Shown piece after piece: positions 42,082 through 49,914 of a stretch of DNA of 58,205 nt (position 1 is its first letter; every line of letters begins with the position of its first letter). Both the position numbers and the translations under genes were made by a program. The notes below the pieces were generated by a model, which was not told where the DNA came from, searched no databases, and worked only from the letters and a program-made list of their open reading frames with translations. The DNA is from Streptosporangiaceae bacterium (GTDB taxonomy: Bacteria > Actinomycetota > Actinomycetes > Streptosporangiales > Streptosporangiaceae): contig JASHOV010000117.1 of the NCBI GenBank assembly GCA_030038495.1, positions 1 through 58,205 on the forward strand, written 5' to 3'.

Positions 42082-43419
42082 TTGACTCTGGGTAACGAGG
42101 CTTTGCTTCCGCCCCAGCGATTCCCGCAGATCGGGGACGCTGATGACGCTCGGCTCGCAATCTTTGGTGGCAGCCCGGTGCGGCGCGCGCCCTGGCCCAC
42201 GTATGACAAGGGCGCCGTCTTCGTGCACGCCGAGGACGAGGAAGCCGCGATCCGCGCTATCCGCAGCCATCTTTATTTCCGCTACGACTGGCGGCCGATG
42301 CACGAGACCGAATGCGGCCGGCTCGAGGCCGAGCTGTGCCAGTACTTCGGGACCGCCCACGCGCTGGCTACGTCAAGCGGCACCACGGCTCTGGCCCTCG
42401 CGATCATCGCGGCCGGGATACCGGCGGGCTCGGCGATCGCATTACCCGGATTCACCTTCGTCGCCACGCCCAGCGCGGTCATTCTCGCTGGATGCAAGCC
42501 CGTGCTCATCGAAGTTGACGAGAACCTGCACCTGGATCTGGCCGATCTGCGCCGCCGCTGGACCCCTGACATCAAGGCGATCCTGGTCGTGCACATGCGC
42601 GGCTTCGCGGCCGACATGGAGGCACTGACCAGCCTGGCCGCGGACATGGGCGTGCCCGTCATCGAGGACGCCGTGCCCGCGCTAGGTGCCGAGTTGAATG
42701 GCCGCAAGCTCGGCACGTTTGGCCTGGCCGGGGCCTTCAGCACGCAATCGGACAAATCACTGAACAGCGGTGAAGGCGGATTCCTCATAACTAATGACGG
42801 CGCACTCTTCGCGCGTGCCGTTGTGCTTTCCGGGGCCTACGAGGGACGTTTCAGGCAGCATTTCCCTGATGCCCAGCCACCGGTTCCTACCGATCTCGAC
42901 CTTCCGCTATTCAGTTTCCGCATGGATGAGATACGCGCCGCTCTGCTGCGCGCGGAGATGGCTCGGCTGCCGGTCCGCCTGGAAAACTTCCGGGCCAACT
43001 ACGAACACGTAGCCGCGGCGCTGCAGAACGTCAGCGAGATCGCCGTCCGGCAGCCGGTAGCGCCGGGCGCCTATCTAGGCGAGGCGCTCATCTTCCGGGT
43101 CCTGTGCGGAGACGCGGAATGGTTTGCGCGCGCACTGTGCCGCGAAGGTATCGATGCGCGCTGCTTCGGCTCGTCGCAGGACTGCAACGTCCGGGTGTTC
43201 TGGAACTGGCGGTTCATGTTCGGCACTGCGGACGTCGGGGCCATCAAGGCACTGCTGCCGAACACCTCGCGGCACCTGGATCAGGCCGTCGACATCCCGC
43301 TGTCGTCGACCCTGTCCGCAGCGGACTGCGATCAGCTGGTGCAGGCAGTTCGCAAGGTAGCCGCGGCCAGCCGGCGACAGAACCGGCGGCCGAGCGAGCC
43401 GACGGCGGCTCTGCGCTGA
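42082..43419 (+). CDS. DegT/DnrJ/EryC1/StrS-family PLP-dependent aminotransferase
   Basis: SSGTTALALAI and the PLP-lysine block FSTQSDKSLNSGEGG. GGTGAGGAG RBS before the TTG. Confidence 0.85.
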   Translation: MTLGNEALLPPQRFPQIGDADDARLAIFGGSPVRRAPWPTYDKGAVFVHAEDEEAAIRAIRSHLYFRYDWRPMHETECGRLEAELCQYFGTAHALATSSGTTALALAIIAAGIPAGSAIALPGFTFVATPSAVILAGCKPVLIEVDENLHLDLADLRRRWTPDIKAILVVHMRGFAADMEALTSLAADMGVPVIEDAVPALGAELNGRKLGTFGLAGAFSTQSDKSLNSGEGGFLITNDGALFARAVVLSGAYEGRFRQHFPDAQPPVPTDLDLPLFSFRMDEIRAALLRAEMARLPVRLENFRANYEHVAAALQNVSEIAVRQPVAPGAYLGEALIFRVLCGDAEWFARALCREGIDARCFGSSQDCNVRVFWNWRFMFGTADVGAIKALLPNTSRHLDQAVDIPLSSTLSAADCDQLVQAVRKVAAASRRQNRRPSEPTAALR

Positions 43420-43423
43420 CGCC

Positions 43424-44407
43424 ATGAGCAGACCACCGCTGAAAGTTCTCTGCATCACTGGCTGGTGCAGGAACGGCAGCACGATCATCGGCAATATCCT
43501 GGGTGAGATCCCCGGCCTCTTCCACGTGGGCGAGCTGCACTTCCTGTGGATGAACGCGGCCGGCCGGGGCTCGAACAACCTCTGCGGCTGCGGCACCGAG
43601 CTTGTACGGTGCCCGGTCTGGTCGCAGATTCTGCGAGTCGGCCGGCCGGCCGGCGTTAGCGCGGCCGAGTTCGCCGATACCGTGATTGGCCGCCAGCAGG
43701 CCTGCGTGCGGACGCGGCACACCTGGCGGGTGCTGCGTCACGAACTGGCTGGCGAGCAGATTCGCCAGCATGCCGCCTTGATGACCGAGGTCTACCACGC
43801 CACCGCGGCGCGAACCAGCGCGAGTGTGATCGTCGATACGAACAAGCTCCCGGCCGAGGCGGCGCTGCTTCCATACCTGGACGGGATCATCCCTTACTAC
43901 GTTCATCTCGTTCGCGATCCGAGGGCGACCGCTCAGTCATGGAGCCGGCAAAAGCAGTACGCCTACGTGATGCCGTCCTGGCAGAGCACGGCCTACTGGC
44001 ACGGCTTTAACCGCGCTGCGCTCGCTGTCACCCGGCGCCACCCGGATCGCTCGCTGTTCATCCGCTACGAGGACTTCATCGCCCATCCAGCGGGTGCGAT
44101 CGACGCGATGCTGCGGTTGTGCGGTGCGGAAACCGCCGCCAATCCGATGCAAGGCCGGACCGTCGAGCTTCGCACCAATCACACCGTGACCGGCAACCCG
44201 GATCGGTTCTGGTCGGGGCCCACGGTCATCCGTGACCGGGACGAGTCGTGGCACGGCCTGCCGGCCCGGTCAAAGCTGACGGCTGTGACCCTGTCCTGGC
44301 CGCTATTCCACCGGTACGGCTACCACGTCGCCGGCACGTTCCGGACAACGCCATGGCGGCCAGAAGCCGCCGCAAGGACCGCCGCAGAGCCAAGCTCTCG
44401 ACATTAA
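43424..44407 (+). CDS. PAPS-dependent sulfotransferase family protein
   Basis: 5'-PSB-like ITGWCRNGSTI and 3'-PB-like VHLVRDPRA motifs. Confidence 0.8.
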   Translation: MSRPPLKVLCITGWCRNGSTIIGNILGEIPGLFHVGELHFLWMNAAGRGSNNLCGCGTELVRCPVWSQILRVGRPAGVSAAEFADTVIGRQQACVRTRHTWRVLRHELAGEQIRQHAALMTEVYHATAARTSASVIVDTNKLPAEAALLPYLDGIIPYYVHLVRDPRATAQSWSRQKQYAYVMPSWQSTAYWHGFNRAALAVTRRHPDRSLFIRYEDFIAHPAGAIDAMLRLCGAETAANPMQGRTVELRTNHTVTGNPDRFWSGPTVIRDRDESWHGLPARSKLTAVTLSWPLFHRYGYHVAGTFRTTPWRPEAAARTAAEPSSRH

Positions 44408-44418
44408 GGAGCTCTCGG

Positions 44419-45258
44419 TTGGATCTAGGTCTGCACAACAAGGTAGCGCTCATCGCGGGCGGCTCCAGCGGCCTCGGCCTGGCGGTGGCCACCGAGCTGG
44501 CGGCCGAGGGCGCGCACGTCGCAATCGGCGCTCGGGATCGCGAGCGGCTCGCTGCCGCCGAGCGCGGCCTGAAGGAGGTGGCGCGCGGCCGGGTGTGCAC
44601 GAGCAGCGTCGACATCTCGGACCAGGACGCGGCGCGCGGGTGGGTGGACGAGGTGGCGGCCGACTTCGGCGCGCTGCACATAGTCGTGGTCAGCGGCGGC
44701 AGCCCGCCCGCCGGCCTGGCCTGGCAGTTCGACCTCGACGACTACAAGGAGTCCGTCGGCTCGGTGGTCTTCCCGCCGGTGGGCCTTGCGCTGGCGGCGT
44801 TGCCCCACCTCCGTGCCGCGCAGTGGGGCCGGCTGCTGTTCGTGGCGTCGGAGACCGCGAGCGTTCCGATCCCGTCACTGACCCTGTCCGGCATGGGGCG
44901 CGCCGCCCTCGTGCGATTCGCCCAGGCGGCCGCGGCGGAACTCGGCCGCGACGGCATCACCGTCAACGTGCTCGCGCCCAGCGCGACCCGCACCCAGATG
45001 GTGGAACGGGCGGCAGCGCGGCTGGCAGCGCTCGCGCCGGCCGAAGGCGACGCCGAGGCCCAGCTGCGCAGGATGGGTCAGCACAACGCCGTCGGCCGGA
45101 TAGCGCGACCGGAGGAATTCGCGGCGGTGGCGGTGTTCCTGGCTAGCGAGCGCGCGTCGTTCGTCACCGGCGGCGTGCACCTGATTGACGGGGGCGCCAG
45201 CGTCATGGGACCGGCACTGCCTCACTTCACCAACGCCCCGAGGGACACCTACACATGA
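44419..45258 (+). CDS. Short-chain dehydrogenase/reductase-fold protein lacking the canonical YxxxK dyad
   Basis: AAGGAG lies 7 nt before the TTG at 44419. Cofactor motif GGSSGLG. The segment expected to be YxxxK reads SGMGR. Confidence 0.8.
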   Translation: MDLGLHNKVALIAGGSSGLGLAVATELAAEGAHVAIGARDRERLAAAERGLKEVARGRVCTSSVDISDQDAARGWVDEVAADFGALHIVVVSGGSPPAGLAWQFDLDDYKESVGSVVFPPVGLALAALPHLRAAQWGRLLFVASETASVPIPSLTLSGMGRAALVRFAQAAAAELGRDGITVNVLAPSATRTQMVERAAARLAALAPAEGDAEAQLRRMGQHNAVGRIARPEEFAAVAVFLASERASFVTGGVHLIDGGASVMGPALPHFTNAPRDTYT

Positions 45259-46106
45259 CACACGCCTATACCGAACAGGACGTTGAAGACTTCTTCGATG
45301 AGACGCTGCCGAACTATCTGGGATTCTGGGATAGCGACGGTGTCCTGCACACCGGTTATTTCTCTGGCGACGCCGACAGCAACTATCCGGCGGCAGCCGA
45401 GCGGACCTCGGCGATGCTGGCCGCGCGGGCCGGGATCGGCGGCTCGTCTTATGTGCTCGATGTGGGCTGCGGCTGCGGCAACTTCCTGACCTATCTGGCG
45501 GGTCACGCCGGCTGCCGTGGCGAGGGCGTGGATCTGAGCGAGGAACGGGTCAAGTTCGCCCGGCAGCGACTCGCCGCGGTCAGCCCCGGCCAGCAGGGTC
45601 GCGTCGCCTTCCGGCATGGCTCGGCGACGCGGCTGCCCTACGAGCCCGCCACCTTCAGCCATGTCGTCAGCCAGGACGCGCTCTTCCTGGTGCCCGACAA
45701 GGCCCGCAGTCACGCGGAGATCTATCGCGTGCTCAGGCCAGGCGGGATATTCGCGTTCTCGGACTTCCTTCAGCCCGTCGCCGATATCGGGGAACGCGCC
45801 AGAAAACACGTGTACGACCGGGTGCGATGGAGCGGCGGCTATTCGCTCGCCGGATACCAGGCCGCGCTGGAAGAGGCCGGCTTCGAGATCAGCCTCGCCG
45901 ATGACCTGCAGGACCACATCCGGCAGACCTATCGGGTTCTCGGCGTGACCGCGCGCGAGCGTGCCGACACGACACAAGATTCTGCCGCGCGTGAGTGGAT
46001 GCTCACCTTCGCGCAATCATGCGGCGAGATCCAGGCGGCCATCGATCGTGGCGAATTCGGCTGGGGAATGATCGTCGCTCGCAAGCCAGACAACGCCGGC
46101 GCATAG
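45255..46106 (+). CDS. Class I SAM-dependent methyltransferase
   Basis: VLDVGCGCGNF and LRPGGIFAF motifs. ATGA overlap with the SDR gene. Confidence 0.8.
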   Translation: MTHAYTEQDVEDFFDETLPNYLGFWDSDGVLHTGYFSGDADSNYPAAAERTSAMLAARAGIGGSSYVLDVGCGCGNFLTYLAGHAGCRGEGVDLSEERVKFARQRLAAVSPGQQGRVAFRHGSATRLPYEPATFSHVVSQDALFLVPDKARSHAEIYRVLRPGGIFAFSDFLQPVADIGERARKHVYDRVRWSGGYSLAGYQAALEEAGFEISLADDLQDHIRQTYRVLGVTARERADTTQDSAAREWMLTFAQSCGEIQAAIDRGEFGWGMIVARKPDNAGA

Positions 46107-46123
46107 CCTAGAGGGGAAACGTC

Positions 46124-46999
46124 ATGCAGCAGACGGCCGCGGTCAAACGAACGATGGCGGAAGTGGTCGCCGAGCGACAGCAGCAGATGTCGCCGGGCCG
46201 GATATTCGCCGAGGCATGTGCCACCAGCGGCCTTGAGACGTGTGTCGAGTTCGACGTCACGATCACCGATTCGCTGACCAGCTCGCGGCGGAAGCCGCGG
46301 TACCCGGCGCGCAATATGCTCAAGGTTGTCGACCTGTCGAAAGACCCGCGCCGTTATTACTGGCATGAGACCGCGCCGCGGCCGGATGACCCGAAGGTTA
46401 CCTATTCCGACCTCCGACCCGAGGTCGCGCACCACTTCCACAAGTCGCCGGTCCCGGAACTGTCCGCGACGACCGCCTGGGTCCAGGTCCCGCCGGACCT
46501 GTGGGAGGACGCCGAGACCTTCGAGTCCTTCATCAACTACCGGCTGATCATCCGCCTCGGCACGGCCGAGAATCACACGATCATTCGCAGCCGGGGCGGG
46601 CTGCTGAACATCCCCGGGATCGCGAGGATGACGTCGCCGGGCCCGTTCGCGTCCACCATCCTGGCCGCGTGCAACGAGGTCGAGCAGATGGGCGCCACCG
46701 CCGACGGGCTCATCATCAACCCGGCCGACTACTACCAGTTCGTCGGGCAGGGCCGGCTGATGGACGATCTGGAGCAGAACGGCGTCTTCATCGTGCGCAC
46801 GCGCCTGGTCGATCCCGGAACCGCGATCATCGGCGACTTCGGGCATGGCGCCCAGCTCTTCGACGCCGGTCGCTCGGTAATCCGCTTCGCCGACCCGCCG
46901 CCGGGGACATTCGCCGAGCCCGGAATTGCGCTGATGGCCGAGATCTACGAACAGGTCGTGGTCAACCTGCCGACTAATTTCTTCGTCGTCAGCATCTAG
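46124..46999 (+). CDS. HK97-fold major-capsid-like protein = encapsulin-like nanocompartment shell candidate
   Basis: The C-terminal two thirds align by eye with HK97 gp5 blocks. GLLN matches GLLN. ADGLIINPADYYQF matches SGIVLNPRDWHNI. AIIGDFGHGAQLFDAGRSVIRFA matches FTVGGFDMASQVWDRMDATVEVS. LMAEIYEQVVVNLPTNFFVV matches LCEERLALAHYRPTAIIKG. There is no delta/scaffold domain and no portal, protease or terminase nearby. GAGGGGA RBS. Confidence 0.8.
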   Translation: MQQTAAVKRTMAEVVAERQQQMSPGRIFAEACATSGLETCVEFDVTITDSLTSSRRKPRYPARNMLKVVDLSKDPRRYYWHETAPRPDDPKVTYSDLRPEVAHHFHKSPVPELSATTAWVQVPPDLWEDAETFESFINYRLIIRLGTAENHTIIRSRGGLLNIPGIARMTSPGPFASTILAACNEVEQMGATADGLIINPADYYQFVGQGRLMDDLEQNGVFIVRTRLVDPGTAIIGDFGHGAQLFDAGRSVIRFADPPPGTFAEPGIALMAEIYEQVVVNLPTNFFVVSI

Positions 47000-47004
47000 C
47001 GCCC

Positions 47005-48285
47005 ATGCGCGGTGATCCCGATGTGCTGATCATCGGCGGCGGCGCGGCCGGCCTTTTCTGCGCCTATCACCTGCGCCGGCGCGGCAGGAGCGTCGCGGTG
47101 CTGGAACGCGGCACCGTGGGCGGCGCGCAGTCCTGCTCGTACGGCAACACGGGATTCGTCGGCACGCACGGGGCTGCGGCCCTGGCCGAGCCCGGCATGC
47201 TGGCCGCGGGACTGCGCGGCCTGCTCAATCCCGCTTCCGCCGTCGCCATCCGGCCACTCGCCGACGCCGATCAGCTCCGGTGGCTGTGGCATTTCCGGCG
47301 GGCATGCGCCGACCGGAGCGCCGCGGCCCGCCTCGGCGTCCTGGTCGACATGAAGCGGCGAAGCCTGAGCATGCTTCGCGAGCTGGCCGCGGACCGCGGT
47401 CTCGGCGCGACCTTCGCGATGCCGGGCATGGTGCTGGCGTTCAGGACCGACCAGGCATTCGAGCGGGCGCGGGCCGGCCTGCCGGCCATGGCGGACCGGG
47501 GTGTACCGCTGCGCGCACTGACCCCGGCGGAGCTGCGTTCCCTGGAACCAGATGCCGACTTCGCCATCCGCGGCGCCCTGTACAACGAGGAGGGAGCCTT
47601 CGTCCGCGTCCCCGGGTTCATCGTCGAGCTTGCCCGGCTGCTCGTCGAATCCGGGGTAGAGATTCACTCGCAGGCCGAGGTCACCGGCTTTGACAGTTCC
47701 GGCGGCCAGGTGGATCGGGTGCGGACGACCGGCGGGACGTTCCGGCCCGGTCATGTGGTGATCGCGGCCGGGGCGTGGTCGGCGCGGTGCGCGCGCATGC
47801 TGGGGGTCAGGCTCACGCTGCAGCCGGTGAAGGGCTGCAGCATCACGGTCAGGGCGCCGGGCAACGGACCGCGGCGACCGGTCCTGCTGGCCGAGGACAG
47901 GGTGGCAGTCACGCCGCTTGGCGACCAGCTCAGGTTCGCCGGCGTCATGGAGGTGTCCGGCATGAACCCTGCGGTCTCGTCCCGGCGCATGGCCGGGGTT
48001 CGCCGCATCGTCCGCGCCTACCTGCCGCGGATGACCAGCACCGAGACCGTCGAGACCTGGAGCGGCCTGCGCCCGTGCGCGCCAGACAGCCTCCCGTTCC
48101 TGGGCCGGGCCGAGCCGTATCGCAACCTGTACATCGCGGCCGGCCACGGGCAGATGGGAATGGGCCTGGCCCCGGCCGGCGGGGAACTGGTCGCGCAGGC
48201 CATCGCGGGCGAGCAGGCGGACCTGGACCTGGCGCAGTTCCGCATCGACCGGTTCGGCAAGCCCTCGGCCGGCCGCCGGTCATGA
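47005..48285 (+). CDS. FAD-dependent oxidoreductase (DAO family, D-amino-acid dehydrogenase/oxidase-like)
   Basis: N-terminal dinucleotide fold DVLIIGGGAAGLFCAYHLRRRGRSVAVLE. It starts 5 nt after the shell gene stop. Confidence 0.85.
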   Translation: MRGDPDVLIIGGGAAGLFCAYHLRRRGRSVAVLERGTVGGAQSCSYGNTGFVGTHGAAALAEPGMLAAGLRGLLNPASAVAIRPLADADQLRWLWHFRRACADRSAAARLGVLVDMKRRSLSMLRELAADRGLGATFAMPGMVLAFRTDQAFERARAGLPAMADRGVPLRALTPAELRSLEPDADFAIRGALYNEEGAFVRVPGFIVELARLLVESGVEIHSQAEVTGFDSSGGQVDRVRTTGGTFRPGHVVIAAGAWSARCARMLGVRLTLQPVKGCSITVRAPGNGPRRPVLLAEDRVAVTPLGDQLRFAGVMEVSGMNPAVSSRRMAGVRRIVRAYLPRMTSTETVETWSGLRPCAPDSLPFLGRAEPYRNLYIAAGHGQMGMGLAPAGGELVAQAIAGEQADLDLAQFRIDRFGKPSAGRRS

Positions 48286-48998
48286 CCGGTACCGAGCGGC
48301 CAGACGTCGCGATCGGCGTGCTGTGCCTGGACACTGCGTTCACGAAGATTCACGGCCATATCAGGAACCCGGCAACCTTCGGCTTTCCTGTTGCCTACAA
48401 GGTGGTGCCGGGCGCGACGGCGGAGCGGGTGGTAAGCCAGGCCGATCCGGCGCTGCTGGAGCCGTTCATCAGCGCGGCAAGGGAACTCGAACAAGACGGC
48501 GTGGCGGCGATCACCAGCGCGTGCGGATTCCTCGTCCTGTTCCAGCGTGAGCTGGCCGGATCGGTCAGCGTCCCGCTGTTTTCTTCGAGCCTGATCCAAC
48601 TGCCCATGGTGCATCGCATGCTGCGCCCGGATCAGAAGGTCGGGCTGCTCGTCGCCAGAGAGCAATCTCTCACCCGGCGTCATCTGGCCGCAGTTGGTGC
48701 CGAGTCGGTGCCGATCCGCGTCGCCGGGATGGACGGGCAGCCTGAGTTCCGCGAGGTGATCCTTGAGGCCCGGCGCGCCGACCTCGACGCCGGTCGCCTG
48801 GGCCAGGAGGTTCTCCGCGTCGCAGCGGGTCTCGTCCGCGGCAATCCCGACATCGGAGCGCTCGTGCTCGAGTGCACCGACCTCGTGCCGTTCGCGCACG
48901 CGATCCAGGCACGAGTCGGCCTGCCGGTCTTTGACATCGTCACGCTGACCGAGATGGTGCACCAGACCCTGACCCGCCGCCCCTACGGCTCGGCCTAG
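48282..48998 (+). CDS. Asp/Glu/hydantoin-racemase-family protein
   Basis: Start at the ATGA overlap at 48282. Paired catalytic-Cys motifs ITSACGF and LECTDL. Confidence 0.8.
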   Translation: MTGTERPDVAIGVLCLDTAFTKIHGHIRNPATFGFPVAYKVVPGATAERVVSQADPALLEPFISAARELEQDGVAAITSACGFLVLFQRELAGSVSVPLFSSSLIQLPMVHRMLRPDQKVGLLVAREQSLTRRHLAAVGAESVPIRVAGMDGQPEFREVILEARRADLDAGRLGQEVLRVAAGLVRGNPDIGALVLECTDLVPFAHAIQARVGLPVFDIVTLTEMVHQTLTRRPYGSA

Positions 48999-49041
48999 AC
49001 CGGATACCCCTCGCCGCGGACACGCGGAGAACTGGTCCGGC

Positions 49042-49069
49042 TTGACATATGTCGATAACGGAATATGAT
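49042..49069 (+). promoter_or_regulatory. Near-consensus promoter TTGACA-N16-TATGAT
   Basis: Read directly. The A of the in-frame ATG at 49076 lies 7 nt after the -10 element, which fits a leaderless transcript. Confidence 0.5.
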
Positions 49070-49075
49070 CATGTT

Positions 49076-49417
49076 ATGGCCCGCTCCGCCACGACATCGG
49101 ATGTCTTCAACGCGATTGCCGAGGCGCACCGTCGCGAGATCCTCGACGTGCTGATGGCAGGCGAGAAGGCGGTCGGGGCGATCGTGCACGACGTGTCGAT
49201 GTCCCAGCCTCAGGTGTCAAAACACCTGCGGGTGCTCAGCGAGGTCGGACTGGTCAGGTGCCGGGCGGACGGGCGTCGCCGGCTGTACCGGGTGGAACCA
49301 GCGCGCCTTCTGCCGATGCACGAGTGGCTGGCCAAGTACGAGCGGGCGTGGAACGAGCGGCTGGACCGGATGGATGACTACCTCAAAGAGCTACAGCAAC
49401 AAGGAGGGCAGCCGTGA
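49076..49417 (+). CDS. ArsR/SmtB-family transcriptional regulator
   Basis: HRREILDVL...SQPQVSKHLRVLSEVGLV wHTH. The alternative upstream ATG at 49049 would lie inside the promoter spacer. Confidence 0.85.
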   Translation: MARSATTSDVFNAIAEAHRREILDVLMAGEKAVGAIVHDVSMSQPQVSKHLRVLSEVGLVRCRADGRRRLYRVEPARLLPMHEWLAKYERAWNERLDRMDDYLKELQQQGGQP

Positions 49418-49914
49418 GACCAAATCGGCACGGATCGGCAGTCATCGAGTACCCGAACGATCTCGAGATCGTCATAACCCGTCAGTTCGACGCTCCGATC
49501 GCACTCGTCTACGACGTCTTGACGAAGCCCGAGCATGTCGGCAAATGGTTCGCTCCATTTGCGTGTGTGATGAAGGAGTGCTCGATCGACCTGCGCGTGG
49601 GGGGGAGCTATCACATCGTCTTCGTCGACCCGGACGGAACCGAGTGCTCGTTCCGCGGGACGTACCTGGAGGTCGAGCCGCCGACCCGGACCGTCGAGAC
49701 CTGGCTGTTCGAAGGGTGGCCGGATGCGCCTGCCATCGAATCGATGGACCTGCACGAGACTGACGGAGTGACGACGCTGACGAACAAGATGGCGTTCCGC
49801 GACAAGGCTGGCCGTGACCACATGACCACGACCGATGGCGCCGAAGACAGCTTCGACAAGATGGAAGATCTCTTGAGATCACTGTTCGATCCCGAGGGCA
49901 CTGTCTCTGGGTAG
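49414..49914 (+). CDS. SRPBCC-superfamily protein (AHSA1/Aha1-like)
   Basis: The ITRQFDAPIALVYDVLTKPEHVGKWF...GGSY...F.GTYLEVEPP pattern. GTGA overlap with the ArsR gene. Confidence 0.85.
   Translation: MRPNRHGSAVIEYPNDLEIVITRQFDAPIALVYDVLTKPEHVGKWFAPFACVMKECSIDLRVGGSYHIVFVDPDGTECSFRGTYLEVEPPTRTVETWLFEGWPDAPAIESMDLHETDGVTTLTNKMAFRDKAGRDHMTTTDGAEDSFDKMEDLLRSLFDPEGTVSG

Noticed and set aside
46124-46999. Prophage or phage-remnant interpretation of the HK97-like capsid gene
   Set aside because: No portal, protease, terminase, tail, lysis or integrase genes and no tRNA/att site occur in the window. The gene sits at operon spacing between metabolic enzymes and lacks a scaffold domain, so an encapsulin-like role is favoured.
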